Shown piece after piece: positions 52,782 through 64,000 of a stretch of 64,000 nt of DNA. Numbering within the stretch: position 1 is the stretch's first letter; the number at the start of each line of letters is the position of its first letter. The notes under the pieces are model-generated. The model saw only the letters and a list, made by a program, of their open reading frames with translations. It had not been told where the DNA came from and searched no databases. The stretch covers positions 3,844,001 through 3,908,000 of the forward strand of contig NC_043007.1 in the NCBI RefSeq assembly GCF_006345805.1, written 5' to 3'. The DNA comes from Octopus sinensis (lineage: Eukaryota). The translations under genes and the position numbers were made by a program.

Positions 52782-53450
52782 GCAGGTATTGCTGTGTGGT
52801 AAAGAAGTTTGCATTAGAACAATGTGATTTCAGTTTGGGTTTCACTGCATAACACTATAAGTAAATGTCTTCTATAGCTTTGGGTCTTCTATACCAGTGC
52901 CTTGTAGGTGGAACTGGTAGATAGAAACTGAATGGAAGCCTATTACACACACACACACTCACACACATGCACACACATTCATATGTATGTGTGTATGCAT
53001 GCAGATGTGTTTCTGTATGAATGTTTATATTCTATGACATCATCATGATCACTGTTTAATGTCCATTTCCCATGCTGGCATGGGTGGAGGGTTTGACTGA
53101 AGTCTGGAGAGCCAGCGGCTGTACCAGACTCCAATCTGATTTAGCAATGCCCTTCTCAATGCCAACCACTCCAAGAGTGTAGTGGGTGCTTTTTACATGC
53201 CACCAGCACAAGAGCCAGTCAGGTGGGCCTGGCATTGATCCTGTTTGGATAGTGCTTTTTACATGCCACGGCACAAGGGCCAGTCAGAGGGTACTGGCAT
53301 CGACCACGTTCATATGGTGCTTTTTATGTGCCATCGGCACAGGAGCCAGTCAGTGGGCACTGGTCACAGCTACAATATTGGTTTAACTTGACTCAACAGT
53401 TCTTCTTAAGCATATCATATCGCATGATGCATCAGGGGTACTCTTAACTA
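52782..53450. mobile_element. SINE family C head (about 52782-52960, plus) and RTE 3'-UTR copy (about 53038-53450, minus)
   Basis: Family motifs as above. Confidence 0.7.
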
Positions 53451-55929
53451 GGCCGCCGACAATTGCCTGTCAACAAATGGCCCAATAGCTTTGTGTTTTC
53501 AAAGACGAGTATAATAAAAACATCCCTTACTTAAAAAAACAGGAAAGGATTAGTGACAAGAAGAGCATCAAGTTGTAAAACAATGCCTCAATAATAAGTC
53601 AACCTATGCTGGTATGAACAAATAGACTTAATTGAATGAATTCAGCTCTAATCCAGGTGAAGCGACATGCTTGCTTGGTTATCTAATTTTGCAGGTATAA
53701 TTTCTAATTCATTTAGATGATGTTTCCTTTGTGTTGCTCAAGGTTTTTAGTTGCTTAAAGAAGTAATTTTTTATTGCTTCATGCACAGATTTAATTAAAG
53801 TGGTTGATTGGCAGAATTATTAGAATATTAGACAAATGCTTTGCAACAACTGTTCTAGTTCTTTGTGTTCTGAGTTCATATCCTGCCACAGTTAACTTTG
53901 CTTTCCATCATTCTGGAGTCAATAAACAAAGTTCCAGTCAAGTACTGGGGTTGATTCTCTCTCTCAGAATTGACTATGTCATGAATGGATTATGAAGGGC
54001 CACTCCAAGAAATGGAGAAAGGGTGAGTGACCGGCTGATAGTCTTTTATTCAGCATGCTATAAAAAGTGTCCTTAAGAAACCAGAGATGGCAGGTGTAGA
54101 TGGATCTTCTGTATGGCAGAATGGTTGAAGCAGACAATACATTGTGCTTATAAGCTATTCATACTTTCTTCCTCATCAGAAAGCCATCGCTCTTCCTTCT
54201 CTGAACTTGATTTTGAACTCTTCCTTCAGGCTATATGCTAAGGGTTTATGCTAACTGAAATAACTGAAGGAGCATAAAAACTGGCCATGTTAATACGGTT
54301 TGTGCTGACCTGCTGACAAAGGGTTTCTGTCACATCAGTGGTTTTGCTCTGTTGTATTGTTAAAGTCAGCTGTAAATAGAAGACCCAGTTGTAAATAGGC
54401 ATCACATAGAAGCCCAAGCACTAAGTGACATCTAATCAACATCTGCTTGTAATGTTAAACTTGTATGGAATTAAAATTCTTACATGAGAAAAATAACATT
54501 GTTACACCTTAGTTAGTAGTGTATTGTGGTGATGGAAAGAACATTTGAAGGCTTTATCATCATTACCTTTTTATCATAACTTCCATAATGTCACCGTGTG
54601 AATAGCAGCAGCAGAACAACTATGATCTTTCTACCCAAAGGAGAAAGAACCGAAAACTTCAATGCTAAAGAATAGGTGGCTAAAAAAATCTAAAGAACTG
54701 ATGAATAGAAGAATTGTGAATAGAATAACTATAAAACAAAAGACAAGAAGAAATATGGAACAGAAGGAATCTCTGTTGTCATTATTTATTTTTTGTTTTT
54801 TGCATTCATTCTTGTTTCTCTATGTTCCAAATTATCAAATTCTGAAGTTACTTCTTTCAGTTTTGAGAAATTTGAATACATAAATTATCAGCAAAATAAA
54901 ACCAGGATCATGTTAGATAATGGAATGGCAAAAGGAGTGAAAGATAAAATAGATTTTCTGCTGAGGTTTTCCATATCAATTGGCATGCTGTTGCCTTTAT
55001 TCTTCTAGCAAAAGACACTAAATTGAAGATGATAAAATGAAAGCTAAAGAAATAAACAAACGAAATCTCCAATAATTAGAAATTGGAATCATTTGATGAA
55101 CAAGGCAGATAAGGAAACTGTTATATTAAGAGATATAACCCGGATTCTTGATACAGATAGCAAAATAAAAGCAAACATCTTGTTGCATTTTGTATTATGT
55201 GATGGAAACAAATGTTCTTGATAGCATTTTATGTTAGTGCAAATGCGTTCCTGCTCCTTCTCCATTCTCTTCTCTCACCGCTCTATCTTCTTATCATCAT
55301 TATCAGTTTATTGTTTATTTTTTATTTTTCCATGTTGTCATTGGTTTGACAGATACTCCTTACAAACACCTGTATAAATGACAAAATTTCTGTTTTTGAA
55401 GCACATGGAACTATGACTTAGTTCTGTTTACACACACACACACACACATATGCATACAGGTATGCTCATATACATATATGTACACATACATGCTCACTCT
55501 TGTATAAATATGGTATTGGTGCTTTGATTATTAGATGACTTGAGAATCTCACAAATTTTGATATTGAACTGTTTCCACTGAAAAACAGTTTATCAGGTAA
55601 ATGTAGGGAGGAAGAAATAAGGATCATCTCAGCTTCCAACTATTTGAGTAAAAAGGGCCAGGTGTTGTGCATTAAAGGTGTATGTGGATTTTGAAACACC
55701 TTATAGATTAGCTTTGTAAATGAGTTTTTAGCTTTTGTTGTTTACCATCTCCTGTGAATCCTTGGGAAACAAAATGCAACCACAGTCACTGCATATGATA
55801 TAGGGAAGGAAAAGCAATGCTCACGACCCTTTTCAAGGGCACTGAGAGTGAGGAAGTGAAGAAATTATTCTCAGAGCAGAGACTTGCCTGATTGTTTTCC
55901 AAAGTCTAGATTCTGCTAAAGGCATACCA

Positions 55930-56380
55930 GAGAGAGGTAAGAATTGATGTTAAACTGAACACTACAGAGCTCAGGTGATGCCCAGCATGGAGTATTGCTT
56001 TTACATCCGGGATAGTGCTGCCACTGCACACATAAAAATCCTAGACCATATTCAGAAACAGGCCACCTGACTGACTGGTACAAAATCACTCACAGATATA
56101 CTCCAGTTCCGGCCCATATTGTGCTATCTTCTCTCTATACCTTTGCTACCCCTTTTATGATAGGCTGTACCCCTCAGAGCTGGCTTTACTCGTGCCATCT
56201 CCTCCTCTCATAATGTTTACTGCATAACTTCCCAGGCACCATACTTATCACAATGTCCAATCCTTCCTCCTCAGAGCATTGCCCCTCTGAAATTTTCTCC
56301 CTGTTCATGTCTTTCCTGCAGGTGTTAACTTATAAATGTTCAAGAAGAATATTAATGGCATAACTCTCACTAGTTAGGCA
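55930..56380 (+). mobile_element. Decayed CR1/L2-type LINE 3' end
   Basis: YRAQVMPSMEYCFYI.....HIKILDHIQKQA and VHVFPAGVNL*MFKKNIN resemble the CR1-clade ORF2 C-terminus. Confidence 0.65.
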
Positions 56381-56639
56381 GAGCCTGTTAAGGGCACTAC
56401 TCCTTTCTCCAGAACCAATAAGTTAAGAAAATTTGATGAAGTCTACCATCTAAAAACAAGAACTGTCTCTCCAATGGGCTTTCCCACAGTGTCTATCAGA
56501 TTTCACTCAGAGTTTTAGTCAACCTCAGTCCCTGGTAGAAGACACTTGCCCAAGGTCTTGTATGGACTCAAGCATAGTTTTAGCTTGCTCTGAAACTAAG
56601 CATTTGACTGACTACTACTTCTAATTCATACAACTACTT

Positions 56640-56900
56640 GAAGACATCCAACTGCAGCTCTCCAGTAACAATTTTCAATATAACAAAGTGTGTCTCTGAT
56701 TAACTTTTGGGGTTTCACTTTTATGGTTTTTATCTGATGCTAGATGAATTTTCTGGACATCGGTATAACCAAGATAACACTTCAAGAAGATCTGTACCAC
56801 TTTGCATCTAGGAGGACCGAATAATGCAGAAATGAACCACAAAACATTTACTGTGGATTTGAATTTGAGATTTTTGGACTGAAGGATCAGCACCATGTCT
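56640..56900 (-). mobile_element. Possible very decayed mariner fragment
   Basis: ...YLGYTDV... and ...LKIVTGE... weakly recall LGY.K..ARWVP and F..RIVTGDE. Confidence 0.25.
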
Positions 56901-57564
56901 GTTTTGTAATTTCACTTCTACAGTTTTACATACATTTTGGATGTGCTATGTGTTAACTTTCCAATTACTGAAGCCATGAAATTACACTTTAATAAATATT
57001 TTTCTTCGTATGTTAAAGAATTTGCTATTTATTGCTTTTAAAGTTGACTGTACTTGAAATTGAGTTAGGTTTGAGTTACATTATAAGTATCCTATCCCAA
57101 GAGATTTCCACCTCCTCCATCACTAACCATCACCACCAACCACTCACTCACACTCAGGATGTGTCAGGCAACTGAGAATAAAACTAAAGAAGAAAAATCC
57201 AGAATACCAAACATTAACAATGGATACACCCAGCAAAATGACACACATGTTCAACTTAATACATCAAAGAAATAAAACTACCCTGAACCCTAATGATGGC
57301 CCCAATGCAGCCACAGAAGCAACTGCCATCAGGTATCCTCTGACAATGTCATCTGCCACACCTACAACAGAAGATCCCACCCCACCCCCAACATGTCTGT
57401 GGCACTGCAGAACTGCTGGCCAATTCTTATCTCTTGATGATGCTCCAACAAGTTCAAATACGGCACACTAGAAGGCCAAGTGACACTGGGAATCACATGA
57501 TCACATAATTTGCCCGGGTCTTGTCATACATGAACTGACCCTTACTTATCATGTAGGCCTTTAC

Positions 57565-57872
57565 CTGATACCCACTTGCACTACACTTCCGATAACGGAT
57601 TCTGTTATCTTTAACCGCTTGGAAGTAGTCCTTATTAACTCGCTGGAGTTATCGATGATGTCCTGGATCTGCTGGTTGAACTTGGCCATTGAAATGATGT
57701 CTGACTGCTGAGAATGTTTTTCTCCTCTGGCTACAAACGACACATCCAACACTTTCCCAACCCCGAGTATGAAGAACCCAGTCATGTTCAAAAAGCTGGC
57801 GGTATCCAAGTTACTGTGGTTGGCAGCTAGAGCTAAAATCTTGGCATGCCTCTTCATTTCCTGTTGGTATAT
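57565..57872 (-). CDS. Internal coding exon of an unidentified host gene (102 codons + 2 nt: IYQQEMKRHAKILALAANH...SVIGSVVQVGI)
   Basis: Acceptor ttttaactttctcaattctttttcag and donor ag|gtaaag. Only phase 0 is open. GC and CpG are higher than in the flanks, and I recognise no TE motif. Confidence 0.75.
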
Positions 57873-58214
57873 CTGAAAAAGAATTGAGAAAGTTAAAAGT
57901 CAGTAAACGCTGCATAACATTACATTAGATCATCTATTATAGTCTGCTGAAGTTTGTTTGCATATATCCAACACACACTCTCCCTCTCTCACTCCCCCTT
58001 TCTCTCTGTACACACACACACACCCATGCATGCGTGTACACATACACACACACCCTGTTTTCTTTTAGGATTTCTACATTCTTGTTCATTGTAGAAGTAA
58101 ATAGTCTGATGTATGTTTGTGTGGTAACTAGAATTAGAAACATTTCAGTCTTTTCCTAAAACTTTACAGTGTTTTGTACAACCATCAAATTTAAGTAATA
58201 CGGTACAAAGTCAT

Positions 58215-59282
58215 TGCCATTGTCACTGGACTGGCTCCTGTGCGAGGTGGCACGTAAAAGTGCCCACTGCACTCTCAGAGTGGTTGGCGTTAGGAAGGGC
58301 ATCCAGCTGTAGAAACTCTGCCAGATCAGATTGGAGCCTGGTACAGCCGTCTGGTTTGTCAGTCCTCAGTCAAATCGTCCAACCCATGCTAGCATGGAAG
58401 CTGATGTTAAACGATGATGATGATGATGATAATACAAGGATGATTTAAAACAAAGTTTACCCATCAGATGTCCAGCTGGTGATACATTTTGCTTGGTTTC
58501 ATTGTTCACATCTGTGGTTCTCAGTCATTTTTAACTACGGACCTCCCTGATTCTTATTCTACTCTACCAGATCCTCATAACCATTCTCTGTTTAAAAAGA
58601 ATCCTATTATATTTTCATGATTAAATATTATTACAGATAATATTAAATAATTATTAAAATATTTTTCGTATTGTGGAAGTATTTATTTCACATAACTTTT
58701 AACAACAAACTCTTATATGGACGCCCAAGGGTCTTTGGAACTCTGGTTGAGAATGACAGGCAGAATGTGTTTTCTGTAGTTTGTTGTTATTTGTTATGCA
58801 GAGATTGGAGGCCCATGCATGACTGGCCTAATCCATGACAGATATAATACATGGCAGAAATGTTAGCACACTGGGCGAAATGCTTAGCTGTATTTCGTCT
58901 GTCATTATGTTCTGAGTTCAAATTCTGTCAAGGGTGACTTTGTCTTTCATCCTTTCGGGGTCGATAAATTAAGTACCAGTTGCATGCTGGGATTGATATA
59001 ATTGACTGGCCCCCTCCCCCAAAATTTCAGGCCTTGTTCTTAGAGTAGAAAAGAATATATTATTTTACACTTTGTTAAGGTGGTGCGCTGGCAGAATCGT
59101 TAGCACACCAAGCAAAATGCTTAGCGGTATTTCATCTGCCACTATGTTCTGAGTTTGAATTCTGCCTTCCATCCTTTTGGGGTTGATGAAATAAGTACCA
59201 GTTATGCACTGGGGTTAATATAATCGACTAGCCCACTTCCTGCCAAAATTTTCAAGGCTTTGTGCCTAGAGTAGAAATAATT
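58215..59282 (+). mobile_element. RTE 3'-UTR copy (about 58215-58432) and two SINE family A copies (about 58850-59055 and 59075-59282)
   Basis: Family motifs as above. Confidence 0.8.
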
Positions 59283-59344
59283 CTTTTACACTTTGTATAG
59301 CAATGATTTAGTGTACAAGTAGGAGTTCACCAAAGATTGATTCT

Positions 59345-60722
59345 CAGACTCCTCTACTATGTCATAGCCCTCCAGGCTATAACAGAGGAATTTAAGAGTG
59401 GCTGCCCTTGGAAGCTCCTCTATGCTGATGACCTTGTTCTTATTACTGAATTACTACCTGAACTAGAGAGGAAATTTCAGGTGTGGAAGCATGGTCTGGA
59501 ATCTAAGGGCCTTAGAGTTAATTAACTAACACCAAAGTCCTAGTAAGTAGAAAAAATGGACAAAAGTCAAATTCTTTCAGAAAAATGGCTCTGTTCAATA
59601 TGTAGAAAAGATGTTGGTAGAAACTCCATGCGGTGTACCCTGTGCAAGCTATGGACATATAAGATGTGCAGCAGTATTAGGGGAAGGTTAACAGAAAAAA
59701 TAGTCTTTGTGTGTGGCAGGTGTGTAGGTACAATAAACACTAGGAATGTATAAAGAATAGACTTCCTTGAATGTATGTGGGGGCAGGGGATCCTTAGAAG
59801 TAATAGATAGCTTCCGTTACCTTGGCAACCAAGTTAGCAGTGGAAGAAGTTCTGAAAGTGTAATTGCTAGAATAAAAACAGGTTGGGAAAAGTTCAGAAA
59901 GCTACTACCTTTGTTGGTAACACAGGGTCTTTCTCTCTTAGAGTGAAAGGTAGATCGTATGATGCTTGCGTATGTACAACTATGCTACATGGCAGTGAAA
60001 CATGGGATATGACTACAGAGGGCATGAAGCCATTAGTTCAGTAATGTCAGTATGCATGTACAGCAGAGTGAAAATTGATTTAAGAGAAAAACTGGACATA
60101 CAAGGCATCAGTTGTAGAGTGCAAGAGAGAAACTGTACTGGTATGGTTATGTGATGCGTATGGATGAGGATGGCTGTATAAAGAAATGCTAACCTCTAAT
60201 TGTGAAGGGAATTTGTGGAAGACATGGTACAGTGTAGTGAGAAAGGATCTTTAGATGTTGGGCCTCACAGAGGAGATGGCAAGGAACTGAAACTTCCAGT
60301 GGTTTGCTATGCTTCAGAAGACATGTCAAGCAAAGTAAAACTGTTGCTTTCCATACATACAGCTATGTCTTCAATGCCCTTCTCTCAGCTGAGAGGTCCT
60401 CTTGTGGATGCTGGTGACATGTAAAATCACCTGTGCCATGTTAAAGTGCCCTTGCTGGTGTCATGTAAAAGCACACAGTCCAGTTCCATGTATAGACAGC
60501 TGTGGCAGTGCCACATAAAAGCCCCCATGTCATTGCCACATAAAAAGCATCCGGTATGCTTTGTGTAGTGGTTGGCATTAGGAAGGGTGTCTATCCTTAG
60601 AAACTATGTCAAAATAGACAATTGGAACCTGGGCAGCTCCCCAGTTGACCAGCTCCCATCAAACTGTTCAACCCATGTCAGCATGGAAAGCAGAGGCTAA
60701 ATGATGATGATGATGATGATGT
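59345..60722 (+). mobile_element. Decayed 5'-truncated RTE copy: RT 3' half, PHD segment, C-terminus, 3' UTR and (GAT)n tail
   Basis: LQAITEEFKSGCPWKLLYADDLVL and WLCSICRKDVGRNSMRCTLCKLWTYKMC...FVCGRC. Confidence 0.88.
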
Positions 60723-60899
60723 TATTTTATCTTTGTGTTATCTACATGTAGTGTCTTTGAAAAATCTGTGCCCTTATGTATTTGTATGCTTCTTTTTTTA
60801 AATTCCTTCTATGTTGTGTGAATGTTGTGGTTAATTGCTAGTATTTTTATCAACTCTGTGTCTGGTACATTTATGTTGTTGATTGTCATAGTTAATTGT

Positions 60900-61500
60900 A
60901 TATAATAATGTCCTTTCTTGTTGCTGGAAAGAAGGGAGGACATGGATTTGGTAGATGCTAGTCTTAGTCTATTTGTTTAGAGTTAACTTGTTAGATCTTT
61001 GGTAAAGAGTTTGAGCTGCTTGGTAGCTGTGTTTGGTAATAGTGGTAGAAGGTAACTATGATGTTTTCTACATAAAAGGCTGTGCATGGTTTGCAGTGAA
61101 TGTGAAGTGGCCATGATGATACAACTTAAAATAGATGGGAAGAGATCCTTATAGAACTGAGAAATTACAGATTTTTAGATGTTTGATTATATTCTGTGTA
61201 ATGCTTTGTGACGTGAAAGAAACTTTGTCATGTAACATTTTGTTTTGTTTATAATTTGGTAGTGGGAAATGGAGTGGAAAGATTTACTGATGTCAGTTAT
61301 AATTGGAATGGTGCATGTTGGAGTTTTTGGTTGTTGAAGCTACCATATATTCCTTGATTGGAGTCTGAGTGTAGTAATCTGAACCTGTTCTATGAATTGA
61401 TAAGGGAAATGTACAGAATAGGACTAGAAGAACGATGAATCTTTGGTTATAAGGTTGTGGCTGTTGTGTCCTTAAATTCTATGTTTTCTGTTACTCTTCC
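60900..61500 (-). mobile_element. Possible decayed LINE relic
   Basis: Composition resembles 4790-5680; no diagnostic motif. Confidence 0.2.
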
Positions 61501-61774
61501 TTCTGTTGTTCCATAAAGAACCACTTTATGCAAGAACCAACTGTTGTTCTTTCTCTCTTGTCTTCTTCCTCCTCTTCCTCTTCTCCATGATATCATCAAT
61601 ATGAATAAAAGATGTTTCTGCCAACTATTGCCAGTTAAACATTCAATAGTTGATAAACTGACAAATTATCAATTGGAATAATTAATTTCTGTGACTATTG
61701 TAATAATTATGTTAACATCTACATTAATCAATCAATACATCTACATATTTTTCATTTTATCATTATTGAATTGG

Positions 61775-61950
61775 TAGAATGATTAGAATGTTCGCCTTGT
61801 GGTGTTTATTATGGTTATTTACATTCTGAGGCTAACTTTGCCTTTCATCATTTCAGGGTCAATAAAATATGTACCAGTTGAGTACTGGGGTTGATTGTAA
61901 TTCACTATCCACCTCCCCCAAATTTTAGGTCTTGTGCTTATATTACAAAC
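61775..61950 (+). mobile_element. SINE family A, degenerate
   Basis: ctaactttgcctttcatcatttcagggtcaataaaatatgtaccagttgagtactgggg. Confidence 0.7.
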
Positions 61951-61951
61951 A

Positions 61952-62775
<824 letters not shown>

Positions 62776-62802
62776 CTCTGATCTTGCTCTGCAATATTAT
62801 TA

Positions 62803-62863
<61 letters not shown>

Positions 62864-62959
62864 CATTATTATTATTTTATTTTGTAGCGGTTGATGAATG
62901 TATAAGTCATTAAACAGTAAACTTGTTTATGGATTACAAATTCATTTTCTACTGTAAGA

Positions 62960-63156
62960 CACAGGGATGGTGGTGTGGCCAAGAAGTTTGTATCACAAAC
63001 ATATGGTTTCCAGGTTCAGTCCCATTGAGTGTTTTCTACTACATCAGGTTGGAGCCTGGTACAACCTTCTGGCTTGCCAGTCCTCAGTCAAACCATCTGA
63101 CTCGTGCCAGCATGGAAAGCGGATGTTAAATGACGATGATGACAATGATGATGATG

Positions 63157-63160
<4 letters not shown>
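62960..63160 (+). mobile_element. SINE family C head joined to an RTE 3'-UTR tail
   Basis: ggtgtggccaagaagtttg...ggttcagtccc...gtgttttctact, then ttggagcctggt...catggaaagcggatgttaaatgacgatgat. Confidence 0.55.
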
Positions 63161-63201
<41 letters not shown>

Positions 63202-63434
63202 CTGTGTTTGTGGTTTGGTATTTCCTTTGTCCACACATGCCATTTACTCATTGGTTGTGAACAATGGCTTCACTAACAGTCATCTACTTGCAGTCTGCTA
63301 TAAAACATGTCAGGTCTCTTGACATGTCTTGACATGTCCTGCAATCTTTGTTAACAAAAAGGCTCATTTTTAATGTCCTTTATTTCCAGTTCTCTATGTA
63401 AGCATATTCAAACTGTTGTTTGATATACTGGGTA

Positions 63435-63830
63435 ATGTTGCATTCATTAGGTGAGAAACAAATCCTCACCCCAACAGGACACTCATTAATCTATATTGCA
63501 AGTAACTTACACAGAAAATCCCAGATCTTATTGCTCACAATTAGGCATTTGCAAACAGATGGGGTTGGTTACAGGAAAGACATTCAACTATAGAATACTT
63601 TGCTCCAACATACTTTCATCTAATCTATATAAACATGGCAAAGAAGATATTAAGACGACAACGATAGATTCCATTTATCTCTGGACAAGCAAATTAACTC
63701 AACAATTTTTTTGGGTTTGCCTAATTGTGAGCAATAAGATCTGGGATTTTCTGTGTAAGTTACTTGCAATATAGATTAACGAGTGTCCTGTTGAGGTGAG
63801 GATTTGTTTCTCACCTAATGAATGCAACAT
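63435..63830. repeat. Inverted repeat, 113-bp arms (63435-63547 and 63718-63830), 170-bp spacer
   Basis: Arms are reverse complements with two substitutions. Confidence 0.95.
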
Positions 63831-64000
63831 AAAAGACAAAGAAATGAAATGATTTATAAAAAAGCCCCCAAATGTTGTGTAATTGTGTATTTCTTTTACA
63901 ATTTCAATGGACTAATCATTTTCTCATCATTTAACACTGTGTCACTATTTTCTTTCTTGCAAAATACCATTAAATTATTATTGCATTAATGCTTTATCTT

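Noticed and set aside
57220-57471. 83-aa Thr/Pro-rich plus-strand ORF
   Set aside because: Low-complexity C/A-rich composition, no splice or homology support; probably repeat-derived.

Overview
Eukaryotic, AT-rich, repeat-dense DNA. The SINE/LINE families and long (TA)n, (CA)n, (CAT)n and (TAA)n microsatellites look like an Octopus (coleoid cephalopod) genome; this rests on my recognition of the repeats, not on a search. I see no prokaryotic genes, CRISPR array, rRNA or intact tRNA gene. Most ORFs in the supplied track are microsatellite translations or transposon shadows. Supported content: three distinct RTE-clade LINE lineages (one with a 386-aa RT fragment carrying an internal PHD-type zinc finger and many 3'-UTR-only copies; one young BovB-like copy with a 12-bp TSD; one copy with a twin-priming-type 5' inversion inside an 11-bp TSD), an R4/Dong-like RLE element between two (TAA)n tracts, a CR1-like LINE end, a decayed Ty3/gypsy element, two decayed Tc1/mariner elements, several tRNA-derived SINE families, a Penelope-like fragment with a decayed hammerhead motif, and three near-perfect local inverted duplications. 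Host-gene evidence is sparse: one well-supported 308-nt minus-strand coding exon of unknown product (57565-57872) plus several weaker exon candidates. A CpG-retaining domain at about 15.8-27 kb contrasts with CpG-depleted flanks. I cannot claim a new biological system. The best leads are the PHD finger inside the RTE reverse transcriptase, that family's association with (TA)n tracts, and the recurrent short inverted duplications.
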